24,000 nucleotides of DNA from Candidatus Altimarinota bacterium. GTDB lineage: Bacteria; Patescibacteriota; Gracilibacteria; JAUYGZ01. Positions 1 to 8,931 of this stretch are shown one piece after another (the stretch's first letter is position 1; each line of letters begins with the position of its first letter). The notes beneath the pieces were generated by a model, which did not search any database, was not told the DNA's origin, and saw only the letters and a list, made by a program, of their open reading frames with translations. The position numbers and the translations under genes are program-made. The stretch is from positions 409,096 to 433,095 of the forward strand of contig JARGOK010000001.1 in assembly GCA_029233985.1 (NCBI GenBank), read 5' to 3'.

Positions 1-1
1 G

Positions 2-148
2 TTGGGAGCCATGATAGATGCTTTTGATTCAACTTCAGATGGAAAAAAACTGAAGGACTTGATAATGAATCGACACAAAAAATCTGAGCAAGTGAATCAG
101 ACCGAGGTCAGTAAACAAGATGAGGAGGTGAAACCAGCTTCGATGTAG
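2..148 (+). CDS. C-terminal fragment of an unidentified protein (starts upstream of window)
   Basis: Open frame from base 2, ending at TAG 146-148: LGAMIDAFDSTSDGKKLKDLIMNRHKKSEQVNQTEVSKQDEEVKPASM*. Charged tail; too short to assign a family. Confidence 0.5.
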   Translation: MGAMIDAFDSTSDGKKLKDLIMNRHKKSEQVNQTEVSKQDEEVKPASM

Positions 149-232
149 ACGTTCAATTCATAACACTTCAACGGGTGGCAAATAGGGATATGAAGAAGAG
201 GATGCTATAATGGTGTCCTCTCTTTTTCATTC

Positions 233-1405
233 ATGAAGAATAATATTCCAAGATTTTATGTCTATTCTGCCTTTGTAGCTCTGAGTTTTTCTTTTGTGGC
301 GATTTTCATGGTCTTTATGAAATCACGAGGGCTGAGCTATACAGAGATAGGGATCATAACTGCCTGGTACTACTCGCTCTTTCTCCTCATTGAAATTCCT
401 ACAGGTATGCTGGCTGACAAGATTGGGAGGAAAAACACTCTCATGATGGGGATGATTTTTATGATCATCGGAATTCTAACAGCATTGAATTCTTATTCAT
501 TCCTAGGGTTTTTTCTTTCAGAAACCATCTTTAGCTTTGCGCGCTCTTTTCAATCTGGCACTGATAGTGCCTTTGTTTACGATCACCTTGCTGTCATGGA
601 ACAGTCTGATGACTATCTTCATATCGAAGGGAAAATTCAAACGGTAGGTTTTTCTGCTCATGTCTTTGGAGGGTTGTTGGGCGCGATGATTGCCTGGTAT
701 AGCCTTCCAGCTGTTTATGCTTTTTCAGCTCTTATGGCTTTGTTGGGACTGATGTCTACACTTCACCTCAAAGAACCACAGATCGTGGACAAACAACACA
801 TGAAACTTGAGACTTTTCGTCGACATTTTATTGATTCACTCCGAGTGATCAATGGGAATCCCCAACTCCTGTGGTTACTATTCTACTCCAGTCTGATCTT
901 TATTCTCCTCCGCACTGGCATCATTAGTTTCATTCAGCCATTTTTGATGTTTTTGGAATTTCCCGACTATGGTTTCAGTTTTTTTGATGCTGTAATGGTT
1001 TCTGGAGCAGCACTTCTCTCTTGGCATGTTCTATACTTTGAAAAAAAACTGGGGAGTAAAGGGGTGTTTTACGTCCTCCCCCTCGCCATTATTATCGGTC
1101 TTGCTGGCATGGGTTTAACCATGAGTATCTGGGGATTGCTGTTCTACTCTCTTACTATGATCAGCTGGTCTTTTCACGCCCCCGTATTCCGAAGCTATCT
1201 CAATGAGCATATTCATGACAGTGGAAAAAGAGCCACGATACTTTCAGTGGAAGGTTTTATCTCTCGAGGACTATTTGCTCTTGTTTCTTTAGCTCTTGGC
1301 TGGGGGTTGGATAATCTTGGCTTGTCAAACTCACTGCTGATCATGTCTGGATGCAGTCTCCTCTGCATGATGATATTATTATACCTCAAACCCAAGCAAT
1401 GCTAG
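233..1405 (+). CDS. Major facilitator superfamily (MFS) transporter
   Basis: 390 aa polytopic membrane protein with the MFS loop 2-3 signature (GMLADKIGRKNTLMMGMIF) and about 12 hydrophobic segments. Confidence 0.85.
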   Translation: MKNNIPRFYVYSAFVALSFSFVAIFMVFMKSRGLSYTEIGIITAWYYSLFLLIEIPTGMLADKIGRKNTLMMGMIFMIIGILTALNSYSFLGFFLSETIFSFARSFQSGTDSAFVYDHLAVMEQSDDYLHIEGKIQTVGFSAHVFGGLLGAMIAWYSLPAVYAFSALMALLGLMSTLHLKEPQIVDKQHMKLETFRRHFIDSLRVINGNPQLLWLLFYSSLIFILLRTGIISFIQPFLMFLEFPDYGFSFFDAVMVSGAALLSWHVLYFEKKLGSKGVFYVLPLAIIIGLAGMGLTMSIWGLLFYSLTMISWSFHAPVFRSYLNEHIHDSGKRATILSVEGFISRGLFALVSLALGWGLDNLGLSNSLLIMSGCSLLCMMILLYLKPKQC

Positions 1406-2280
1406 AGGACTGACTCCAAATCTTCCTTCATTTTTACAACCGCTTCTCGTGCTGCATCTCCATATTGTTCTGAGGTATGTGCTGATGATTTTTCGTAAGC
1501 GAAGATGATACCTCGTGAACTATTGACGATAGCTCCGAACCCATCTTTATTGAAGCAAGGTTTTACATCTGCCGCACCTCCACCTTGTGCTCCATAACCT
1601 GGAACCAGAAAGATCGAGTTTGGCATGAGTTTTCGAAGCTGCTTGGCTTGATCGGGGTAAGTTGCTCCAACGACAGCACCAATTGAAGTGTATCCCTCTT
1701 TTCCAATAAGGTCCGCTCCCCAAGTGTCGATGAGTTGCCCCATGAGTTCGTAGAGATTGAGATCTTTCTCGATGACTTTTTGGTCCTGAATATCACCTGA
1801 GCTTGGGTTGGAAGTTTTGCAAAGAATGAAGAGTCCTTTTCCATTTTTATCACACTTGTCGACAAATGGTTTAATCCCGTCGAGCCCCAGGTATGGGGTG
1901 ACGGTGAGAGCATCAGAGACGAAGTCCCCTTCTGTATCAAGGTAAGCGTTCGCATAAGCTTCTGCAGTAGATCCAATGTCATTTCTCTTTGCATCGAGGA
2001 GAACCATAAGCCCCTTGTCTTGGGCGTACTGAATTGTTCGCGAAAGCGCTGCTAATCCATCAAGTCCGAGCATTTCATAGAAAGCAACTTGAGGCTTTAC
2101 AATAGGAACGATGTCATGAACCGCATCGATAATCCCTTTATTAAATTCGAAAAACGCAGCGCCTGGTGTTGGAGCGTCTTGCTGGATATGCATAGGAATT
2201 TGTTCGTAGCGTGGATCAAGTCCAACACAGATTGGAGAAGTGGTTTTTATTTTTTTAATGAGTTCGTCAGCGAAGTGCAT
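1402..2280 (-). CDS. pyrF: Orotidine 5'-phosphate decarboxylase (long, type-2 form)
   Basis: 292 aa; catalytic motif LLDAKRNDIGSTA, N-terminal CVGLDPR, C-terminal PGYGAQGG. Confidence 0.95.
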   Translation of the reverse strand: MHFADELIKKIKTTSPICVGLDPRYEQIPMHIQQDAPTPGAAFFEFNKGIIDAVHDIVPIVKPQVAFYEMLGLDGLAALSRTIQYAQDKGLMVLLDAKRNDIGSTAEAYANAYLDTEGDFVSDALTVTPYLGLDGIKPFVDKCDKNGKGLFILCKTSNPSSGDIQDQKVIEKDLNLYELMGQLIDTWGADLIGKEGYTSIGAVVGATYPDQAKQLRKLMPNSIFLVPGYGAQGGGAADVKPCFNKDGFGAIVNSSRGIIFAYEKSSAHTSEQYGDAAREAVVKMKEDLESVL

Positions 2281-2383
2281 AGGAAATATCTGTGAGAAAA
2301 TTACAATATAATGCGTTTATAGAAGTTGTGTGTTGGCCCCCTTTTTCCTCCAGAGGCAGATAGGCTAGAGATCTGGATTGTGT

Positions 2384-3187
2384 TTACCATTCATGCTTCT
2401 TTCCAAGGGCGTCACGATGATACTTTCCAAACTCATCTACCTTTCGAATATACTCGAGAGAGACAACGGGACCTTTTGTACAACTCGTATCCCCTGTTGG
2501 GTCTACAACACACTGCCCGCAAAGTCCAAATCCACATTTCATATATCGTTCGAGAGATATTTGAGCATCGATCTTATGCTTCTCTGCGAGGTTGGCAACG
2601 GCTGCCATCATGACTTCTGGTCCACAAGTCATAATGGTGTCGTATTTTTTTCCTTCCTCGACAAGTTTCTCGAGGATCTGAACATTGTATCCTTTATGTC
2701 CAACAGAACCATCGTCTGTAGAAACATGTAGTGTTGCTCCTTTGAGTTTTTCAACTCGTTCTCTATATATCAATAAGTCTTCTCTCCGAGCTCCTATAAT
2801 GAAATCAATTTCACAACCTGCTTCGACAGCATGTAGTGCTGTGAAGTGAAGTGGGGCTGATCCGAACCCTCCCCCCACCATGGCAATTTTTTGATTTGGC
2901 TGAAACCAGAACCCCTTTCCATATGGTCCTCTTAGTCCTGCTTTATCACCAACTTCGAGCTGAGTTGCTTCGTGAGAAAAAGGACCAACGTCTGCAATTG
3001 TGAGATGAAGTTCTTTTCCATCAGCGTATGCGACTGAGAATGGTTTTTCATCGAGTCTTGGTATCCACATATTAACAAATTGTCCAGGGACAACCTCGTA
3101 ATCGCAGTCGAAGACGAGTGTCCTCATCGTAGGATTTTCTTGAATTACTTTCGTGATCGTATGCATTTGTGGGACATCGTTTTTCAT
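2384..3187 (-). CDS. pyrK: Dihydroorotate dehydrogenase B, electron transfer (iron-sulfur/FAD) subunit
   Basis: FAD/NAD-binding reductase fold (GPYGKGFW, MVGGGFGSAPL) and [2Fe-2S] cysteine motif CGFGLCGQCVVDPTGDTSC; adjacent to pyrD. Confidence 0.93.
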   Translation of the reverse strand: MKNDVPQMHTITKVIQENPTMRTLVFDCDYEVVPGQFVNMWIPRLDEKPFSVAYADGKELHLTIADVGPFSHEATQLEVGDKAGLRGPYGKGFWFQPNQKIAMVGGGFGSAPLHFTALHAVEAGCEIDFIIGARREDLLIYRERVEKLKGATLHVSTDDGSVGHKGYNVQILEKLVEEGKKYDTIMTCGPEVMMAAVANLAEKHKIDAQISLERYMKCGFGLCGQCVVDPTGDTSCTKGPVVSLEYIRKVDEFGKYHRDALGKKHEW

Positions 3188-3212
3188 AATAGTTTTTTAT
3201 ATATGAGGTGAT

Positions 3213-3276
3213 GGTGCCATGTCTCCGTACTGGAACCGTGGATTGGTGTTGGGCTCCAGTGCTAAGACGTGGAGCC
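3213..3276. repeat. Composite 25-nt hairpin repeat, copy X (two inverted 25-mers)
   Basis: Minus-strand GGTTCCAGTACGGAGACATGGCACC (3213-3237) and plus-strand GGCTCCAGTGCTAAGACGTGGAGCC (3252-3276). Confidence 0.7.
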
Positions 3277-3286
3277 AATAGAAAAA

Positions 3287-4222
3287 TTATTTTTCATTTT
3301 TTAGTACTTCGTGAGTCTTTCCGATAATTTCATTGAAAGACTGTACTCCATTTGCTTCACACCACTCAACCATTTCATCGAGAACAATTTTAAAGGCGTC
3401 TTCTCCTCGATAGTAGAGTGCTGACCCTATCCCAACGAGCGTTGCTCCAGCCATCATCATTTCAATGGCATCTCTTCCTGAAGTCATTCCTCCCATCCCA
3501 ATTATTGGGGCATCTACACAGTCGTAGATATCGAAGACTTTCTTCACCGCCAAAGGCCTGATACCGGGTCCTGATACTCCACCGAACTTATTAGCAAGGA
3601 CTGGTTGAGCCGTATCGATATCGATAACGAGTCCCGGTCCATAAGTATTAATAGCGGTAATACCATCTGCTCCGGCTTCGACAACTGCTTTGGCAACTGC
3701 CTGAATATCTTCAACATTTGGAGAGAGCTTTATAATCAGCGGAACGTCTGTTACAGATTTCAATCTCTTCGTCAGATCCGCAGCTCTTGGACAGTCTGTA
3801 GCAAAAGGTTTTCCATGCTCGTCTTCTACATTTGGACAAGACATATTTACCTCAATCAATTGAGGCTTCAGTTCGTTGATGGCTTCTGTAATAGCTACGA
3901 AATCATCAGCCTTCCCTCCTATGATATTCACAATAAGTGGCGAACCATTGTCTCTCTTTCGATACTCTTCAATTTCAACTTTTGCTTTTTCTATTCCAGC
4001 ATCTGGAATTCCTACAGCGTTGACCATGTAGTCGTCGTTGCAAATAATGACAGGGTTTGCATGACCCTTGTGTTCCTTTAGCCAGATAGATTTGGTCGTA
4101 ATTCCTCCGGCTCCTCTCTTCGCAACATTATCCCAAGTCGATGCAGTCACTCCAAGATACCCTGAGCAAAGTACGAGGGGGTTTGGGAAGCTGACGCCGA
4201 GATAGTTGACTGATGTATCCAT
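3287..4222 (-). CDS. pyrD: Dihydroorotate dehydrogenase (class 1B catalytic subunit)
   Basis: 311 aa TIM-barrel DHODH: NPLVLCSGYLG, VNMSCPNVE, VIIKLSPNV, NTYGPG, GGVSGPGIRPLA, PIIGMGGMTSG. Confidence 0.95.
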   Translation of the reverse strand: MDTSVNYLGVSFPNPLVLCSGYLGVTASTWDNVAKRGAGGITTKSIWLKEHKGHANPVIICNDDYMVNAVGIPDAGIEKAKVEIEEYRKRDNGSPLIVNIIGGKADDFVAITEAINELKPQLIEVNMSCPNVEDEHGKPFATDCPRAADLTKRLKSVTDVPLIIKLSPNVEDIQAVAKAVVEAGADGITAINTYGPGLVIDIDTAQPVLANKFGGVSGPGIRPLAVKKVFDIYDCVDAPIIGMGGMTSGRDAIEMMMAGATLVGIGSALYYRGEDAFKIVLDEMVEWCEANGVQSFNEIIGKTHEVLKNEK

Positions 4223-4245
4223 AAATAATTTACAATTTTTAATGC

Positions 4246-5250
4246 TTAATTTTTAATGACCGACCAGGTCAGCTTTTCTAGAGCTTTAAGAGGGACGACT
4301 CCGAAGTAGTCTGAAGGGACGCTCCACTCTTCTTTTTTCAAGCTCATCGTATCAGAATTTTTTTCCAATTCGTAGAAATTTGCTCCAAAGACGGAAGTGA
4401 AGTTTTCGAGGTGATCCAGCTTGCCGTTCTCTTCAAAGAGTTGAGCGAGAAGTGGAAGCGCTACTGGTGTTGTGTAGACACCTGGCTTTGGATGATCCCC
4501 TTCTTTGTTTTCTTTCAAGTGTGGTGCGCTGTCGGTTCCGAGGAAAAACTTTGGGTTTCCAGAGAGAACTGTTTCGACGAGTGCTTTTCGATCAGATTCT
4601 GACTTACATATAGGTGCACAGAAATTATGAGGATGAAATTCTCCGTTACGCACATCAGAGGTGGTCAGCAGCAAGTGATGAACCGTGATGGTTGCTGCAA
4701 CTTTATCACCCAGGGACTGAACCATTTCGACGGCAGCCTTGGTCGAGGTATGCTCGAGGATAATACGAAGTCGTGGAAAGTTTTCGTGAATCTTTTTTAA
4801 TTGTGGAAGGAAGGCATGCTCTCTTTCTAAATCTTCGACCCCTGGGACTTCTCCGTGAAGGCAGAGAATCAAGTCCTGCTCCTGCATGGCTTCAAAGACT
4901 TCGTAGGAGCTTTCGATGTTGGCGACACCGTCTTCGGAATGGGTGGTGACCCCGACTGGGTAAAATTTTCCTGCGACGGCACCTGCTTCTTTGAGCGCTG
5001 TCATCGAACTCGGATCGAGATTTGGCATGATCTTGAAGGTCATGAGGAAGTCGAGGTCTGTGCCGACGTCTTGCAGTTCTTTTTTGTAAGCTCTTACATC
5101 GTCTGGTGTGACGACCGGAGGGATCGTGTTGGGCATGACCAAGACTCGTCCAAAACTCTTAGAGGTTTCTCTGACGAGATCCTTCATTAAATCTCCCTGA
5201 CGCAAATGTGTATGAAAGTCGTCAGGTCGGATGATGGTAAGTTCTTGCAT
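4246..5250 (-). CDS. pyrC: Dihydroorotase (class II / E. coli PyrC type)
   Basis: 334 aa; RPDDFHTHLRQGD, MPNTIPP, LHGEV, LEHTST, FFLGTDSAPH. Confidence 0.95.
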   Translation of the reverse strand: MQELTIIRPDDFHTHLRQGDLMKDLVRETSKSFGRVLVMPNTIPPVVTPDDVRAYKKELQDVGTDLDFLMTFKIMPNLDPSSMTALKEAGAVAGKFYPVGVTTHSEDGVANIESSYEVFEAMQEQDLILCLHGEVPGVEDLEREHAFLPQLKKIHENFPRLRIILEHTSTKAAVEMVQSLGDKVAATITVHHLLLTTSDVRNGEFHPHNFCAPICKSESDRKALVETVLSGNPKFFLGTDSAPHLKENKEGDHPKPGVYTTPVALPLLAQLFEENGKLDHLENFTSVFGANFYELEKNSDTMSLKKEEWSVPSDYFGVVPLKALEKLTWSVIKN

Positions 5251-5310
5251 AATATGTGTGTATTAGTTCTTCAGTAGTATACGGAAAAAAACTGACAAAA
5301 TGTACCTTTT

Positions 5311-5946
5311 TTATGCAGAGAAATTATCCCACCAAGTAGAAGGGTCTTGTGCGAACTGTTGAACAAGTGAAACTTGGTCTTCTTGAAGGTATCCTTTATC
5401 TTTTACTTCTGTGAGTATTTCTGTGAAATTTGTCAAAGCAGTCAAATTAATCTCTGCTTCGGACATCGCATCTGTAGCTTTTAGCATTTCATATGTAACA
5501 ATGGCAATAATATCTTCAACCGTACCCTGTCCTTCATTTCGAAGTGCATCTGCTGCCTTAATAGAACTCCCTCCTGTAGAGATCAAATCCTCGACGAGCA
5601 CAATTTTCTTGCCTGGCTCGAGATGACCTTCTATTTGCTTCCCAGCTCCGTGATCTTTTGGCTTTGGCCGCACATAAACCATTGGAAGTTTCATTTCGTG
5701 TGCCACAAAAGCTGCCCAAGGAATCCCAGCTGTTGCTGTTCCGGCAATAACCTCAGGATTCATTGGTCGGATCAGTGTGATCATCTCTCTAACAATAGTC
5801 TCTCGTATTGCAGGAAAGGCTATCAACTTACGATTATCACAATAGATTGGAGACTTGATACCTGATGCCCATGTGAAAGGTGGATCGACAGAGATCTTTA
5901 CTGCTTGAGTTTCGAGAAGGCCCTGAGCAATACTGGAAGAATTCAT
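5311..5946 (-). CDS. pyrE: Orotate phosphoribosyltransferase
   Basis: 211 aa; SGIKSPIYCDNR, GTATAGIPWAA, YVRPKPKDHG, PRPP-binding motif VVLVEDLISTGGSS. Confidence 0.95.
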   Translation of the reverse strand: MNSSSIAQGLLETQAVKISVDPPFTWASGIKSPIYCDNRKLIAFPAIRETIVREMITLIRPMNPEVIAGTATAGIPWAAFVAHEMKLPMVYVRPKPKDHGAGKQIEGHLEPGKKIVLVEDLISTGGSSIKAADALRNEGQGTVEDIIAIVTYEMLKATDAMSEAEINLTALTNFTEILTEVKDKGYLQEDQVSLVQQFAQDPSTWWDNFSA

Positions 5947-6031
5947 AAATATTGATTAGTGTTCGATAAAAGATTATCAGATTTATTCGTATTCACCAAT
6001 CTCTCAGAATATTTTTTTATGATACCTTACT

Positions 6032-8458
6032 TCATTTTTCAGCTACCACCATCTTGATCTCCCCATACGAAATCTTCTCCGAAACGGCTTTTTTGATAGG
6101 TGTGAGAGAAGATGTTCCGATTCGTTGAATTGCTGATAAGATTTCAGCTCTCTTTTCTGAACTTACATACTTTGAACTGTCTAATATTTTCCCAGCCCCG
6201 ATTAGCGCAGCGACATGACTTTCAACAGTACTCGTTTGGATATCTCTTTCTTTTGCGATCTCAGTCAGTGACCTTCCTTTAGAGAGCAGCTCGAAGGTCA
6301 CCATGTGAGTATCTCCTTTGCGAACCTTCTTCTTTGTTCGTTTGATTGGAGCTCGTGATGGTGATTGAAACTCTAAACTATTTAGCTCGCAATGAGGTTT
6401 GATGATTTTCAAGAGTTCCTCACTAAACATCTCAATTTTTTTGTCTCCCATTCCACTCATGGTATGTAGCTGGTCTTTTGTTTGAGGAAAACATTCTGAG
6501 ATCTCTCTAAGAGTACGGTCGCCAAAAATCATAAAAGGAGCAATGTCTTTTGACTGAGCCTCTTTATATCGCCATTGTCGGAGCGTATCAAAGAGCTGTT
6601 GGTCGAAGGATTCTGAGGTGTCACTTGCCTTTTCGATAAAGGAAGGCGTTTGTTTTTCTTGGACCATGATCTGTGACTGTTCTTGGAAGACTTTCTTTCC
6701 TTTTTCAGACACCTCGAGCACTGGGTATTCATCTCCGACGCGATCTAGATAGCCAGACCTAACGAGCTGCTTGATGAGTTTCATGACAGCTGACTGTGTG
6801 TAGTCTTTCATAACCCCGTAGCTAGACCAATTGTAACAATTCCACTGCTCAACTTTTTGGGATTTTGATCCCGTGAGGATAGCTGTCGAGATACCAATCC
6901 CAAACTGTCGAGGAAAACTATTAATACCATTTAATATGACATGTGCTGGATTAGTGATATCTGTCTTTGTGGTAGTGCTTTTACCGTCTTCTGATTTTTG
7001 CAAACAACTACTACAGCCGGAGCATTTTATTTCTTGATGACCAAAGTATTCTTGAATCTTATTTCTCTTACATTGCTCGGTTTCTGCATAGCTCAACATG
7101 TCTTGGAGTTTTTTTTCTGCGAGATGCTTCTTCTGTTCCATTTGTTCGACAGATATATGAACCGGTTTTCCAGAATGCTGATAGACCACTGATGAATCTT
7201 GGAAACTCCTATGAATGCCTCCTTTATCTAAAAGAAGCTTCGTTGCGCTGTCCACCTCCATTTTATTTTTAGCAAAGCTCAGAGAATGGAAATGTATTGC
7301 TGCAGGCTGTTTCTTGAGCATCAGAAGAATCTCTTGAAGGAGTTTCGGTGAAGGATTGTTTCCGTCGATAAAAAACTTCTGAAGCATGACATCCTGACTT
7401 CCATAAAAAAGAACACACTCACTTTGTTCTCCATCACGACCTGCTCTTCCTGCTTCTTGAGTATAATTTTCTAGAGAACCCGGCATATCATAATGAACCA
7501 CAAAACGAACATTGGGTTTATTAATTCCCATCCCAAAAGCATTTGTTGCGACAATGACTGAGGTCTCATCTTTCATAAAGCTTTCTTGAGCTTTCATTCT
7601 CACTTTATCGCTGAGACCAGCATGATAGGCAGCAGATGAGATTTTATTTTCCGCGAGCATTTCCTGTACTTTTTCGACATTTTTTCTAGTAGCACAGTAG
7701 ATGATTCCCGAATGATCTTTTTTTGACGCCAAGTACTGTTGAACCCAGGATATTTTTGAATCAGGCTGATAGCAGGCATAGCTGAGGTTGGGTCTATCAA
7801 AGCTCCCGATGAACTGCTGCTGGTCTTTGAAATCAAGCTGTGTGGATATATCTGTCTTCACCTTATCGGTAGCTGTCGCTGTTAGAGCGAGAAACGGAAC
7901 ATGGTGTTGAGACCGCAAATTTTTGATCTTTTTGTAGGAAGGCCTGAAATCGTGCCCCCACTGAGATACACAATGCGCTTCGTCAATCGCAATGAAGTCG
8001 ATTTTTTGTTCATTAGCTAAGGTGTGAAACAAGGACATGAAAGAATGCGTTTCTAATCTCTCAGGCGCCACATAAACTAATCGATACTTTTGAAGGTGAA
8101 TATCCTTCATTCTTTCAGAAATCTCAGCAGAGTCCAAGGAGCTATTAATACATGTTGCCTCAATTCCTAATTCATTCAACTGGTCCACTTGATCCTTCAT
8201 AAGAGAGATAAGGGGAGAAACTACAAAACTGACATTCCCAAGAACAACTGCTGGGATCTGATAACATAGAGACTTCCCTGCCCCGGTGGGCAGAACGACT
8301 AAGGTATCCTTCTTCGCATAGAGAGAAGTTAGGATCTGTTCCTGGAGTGGCCGAAAGCTTTTATATCCAAACACCGTCTGTAGTATTTCCTTGGACTGAT
8401 TCATCTTTTCTTCCATAATTCGTCGATAATCTCGTAAAATACTTCCTAACGAGCCCAT
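6032..8458 (-). CDS. recQ: ATP-dependent DNA helicase RecQ with C-terminal HRDC and helix-turn-helix-like extension
   Basis: 808 aa; Walker A LPTGAGKSLCYQ, DEAH box IAIDEAHCVSQWGHDFRP, GAFGMGINKPNVR-like motif (ATNAFGMGINKPNV), QEAGRAGRDG, zinc cysteines, HRDC-like region and a C-terminal domain with SLTEIAKERDIQTSTVESH. Ends with TGA, supporting the standard code. Confidence 0.95.
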   Translation of the reverse strand: MGSLGSILRDYRRIMEEKMNQSKEILQTVFGYKSFRPLQEQILTSLYAKKDTLVVLPTGAGKSLCYQIPAVVLGNVSFVVSPLISLMKDQVDQLNELGIEATCINSSLDSAEISERMKDIHLQKYRLVYVAPERLETHSFMSLFHTLANEQKIDFIAIDEAHCVSQWGHDFRPSYKKIKNLRSQHHVPFLALTATATDKVKTDISTQLDFKDQQQFIGSFDRPNLSYACYQPDSKISWVQQYLASKKDHSGIIYCATRKNVEKVQEMLAENKISSAAYHAGLSDKVRMKAQESFMKDETSVIVATNAFGMGINKPNVRFVVHYDMPGSLENYTQEAGRAGRDGEQSECVLFYGSQDVMLQKFFIDGNNPSPKLLQEILLMLKKQPAAIHFHSLSFAKNKMEVDSATKLLLDKGGIHRSFQDSSVVYQHSGKPVHISVEQMEQKKHLAEKKLQDMLSYAETEQCKRNKIQEYFGHQEIKCSGCSSCLQKSEDGKSTTTKTDITNPAHVILNGINSFPRQFGIGISTAILTGSKSQKVEQWNCYNWSSYGVMKDYTQSAVMKLIKQLVRSGYLDRVGDEYPVLEVSEKGKKVFQEQSQIMVQEKQTPSFIEKASDTSESFDQQLFDTLRQWRYKEAQSKDIAPFMIFGDRTLREISECFPQTKDQLHTMSGMGDKKIEMFSEELLKIIKPHCELNSLEFQSPSRAPIKRTKKKVRKGDTHMVTFELLSKGRSLTEIAKERDIQTSTVESHVAALIGAGKILDSSKYVSSEKRAEILSAIQRIGTSSLTPIKKAVSEKISYGEIKMVVAEK

Positions 8459-8632
8459 TGTATGTTCAAAATTTCATATAGAGCAAGAGTGATGGATTGA
8501 CAGGCACATCAAAAAGCTGAAAAAAGAACGTCATTCCGAATAATAGCGCTTCAATCCTGTGAATCTCAAGCTTTTTCTGCTAAATATGGCTCTTTCCTGC
8601 TTATATGACAGCTTATTGGCCCACAATTCACA

Positions 8633-8694
8633 GGTGAGAATCGAAATTCTCACCTGTGGCCTACAACCCATCAGAATTTCGACTCTGATCTTCG
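8633..8694 (-). repeat. Paired-hairpin intergenic repeat, copy A
   Basis: Plus-strand sequence GGTGAGAATCGAAATTCTCACC ... ATCAGAATTTCGACTCTGATCTTCG. The first hairpin is extended here to a perfect 13-bp stem (CACAGGTGAGAAT/ATTCTCACCTGTG, 8629-8658). Homologous to copies at 10848 and 16796. Confidence 0.85.
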
Positions 8695-8896
8695 TTTCAC
8701 ATGTTCTTTGAAAACATCCTGAGATAAACACGATAACAATTGTGTAAAATTTGTTCATTTTTATGTATAAAAAATGTGTCCTTTTACCACTTTAACACTT
8801 TATATAAGCCATTTAATGGCGTTTTTGTTTTTTTAATAACTGTATACATTATTTATAACTATACACCCATTGTGCAAAACGCTCCCGACCTGTTTG

Positions 8897-8925
8897 TTGC
8901 AGATGTAAAATCTGAACGTTATAGT
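8897..8925 (+). promoter_or_regulatory. Sigma70-like promoter for the structured ncRNA
   Basis: -35 TTGCAG (8897-8902), 17-nt spacer, -10 TATAGT (8920-8925). Confidence 0.6.
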
Positions 8926-8931
8926 ATAACG

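Noticed and set aside
1563-1994. 143-aa minus-strand ORF
   Set aside because: Entirely within pyrF in another frame; pyrF is unambiguous.
3605-4081. 158-aa plus-strand ORF
   Set aside because: Antisense to pyrD; no recognizable domain, typical shadow ORF.
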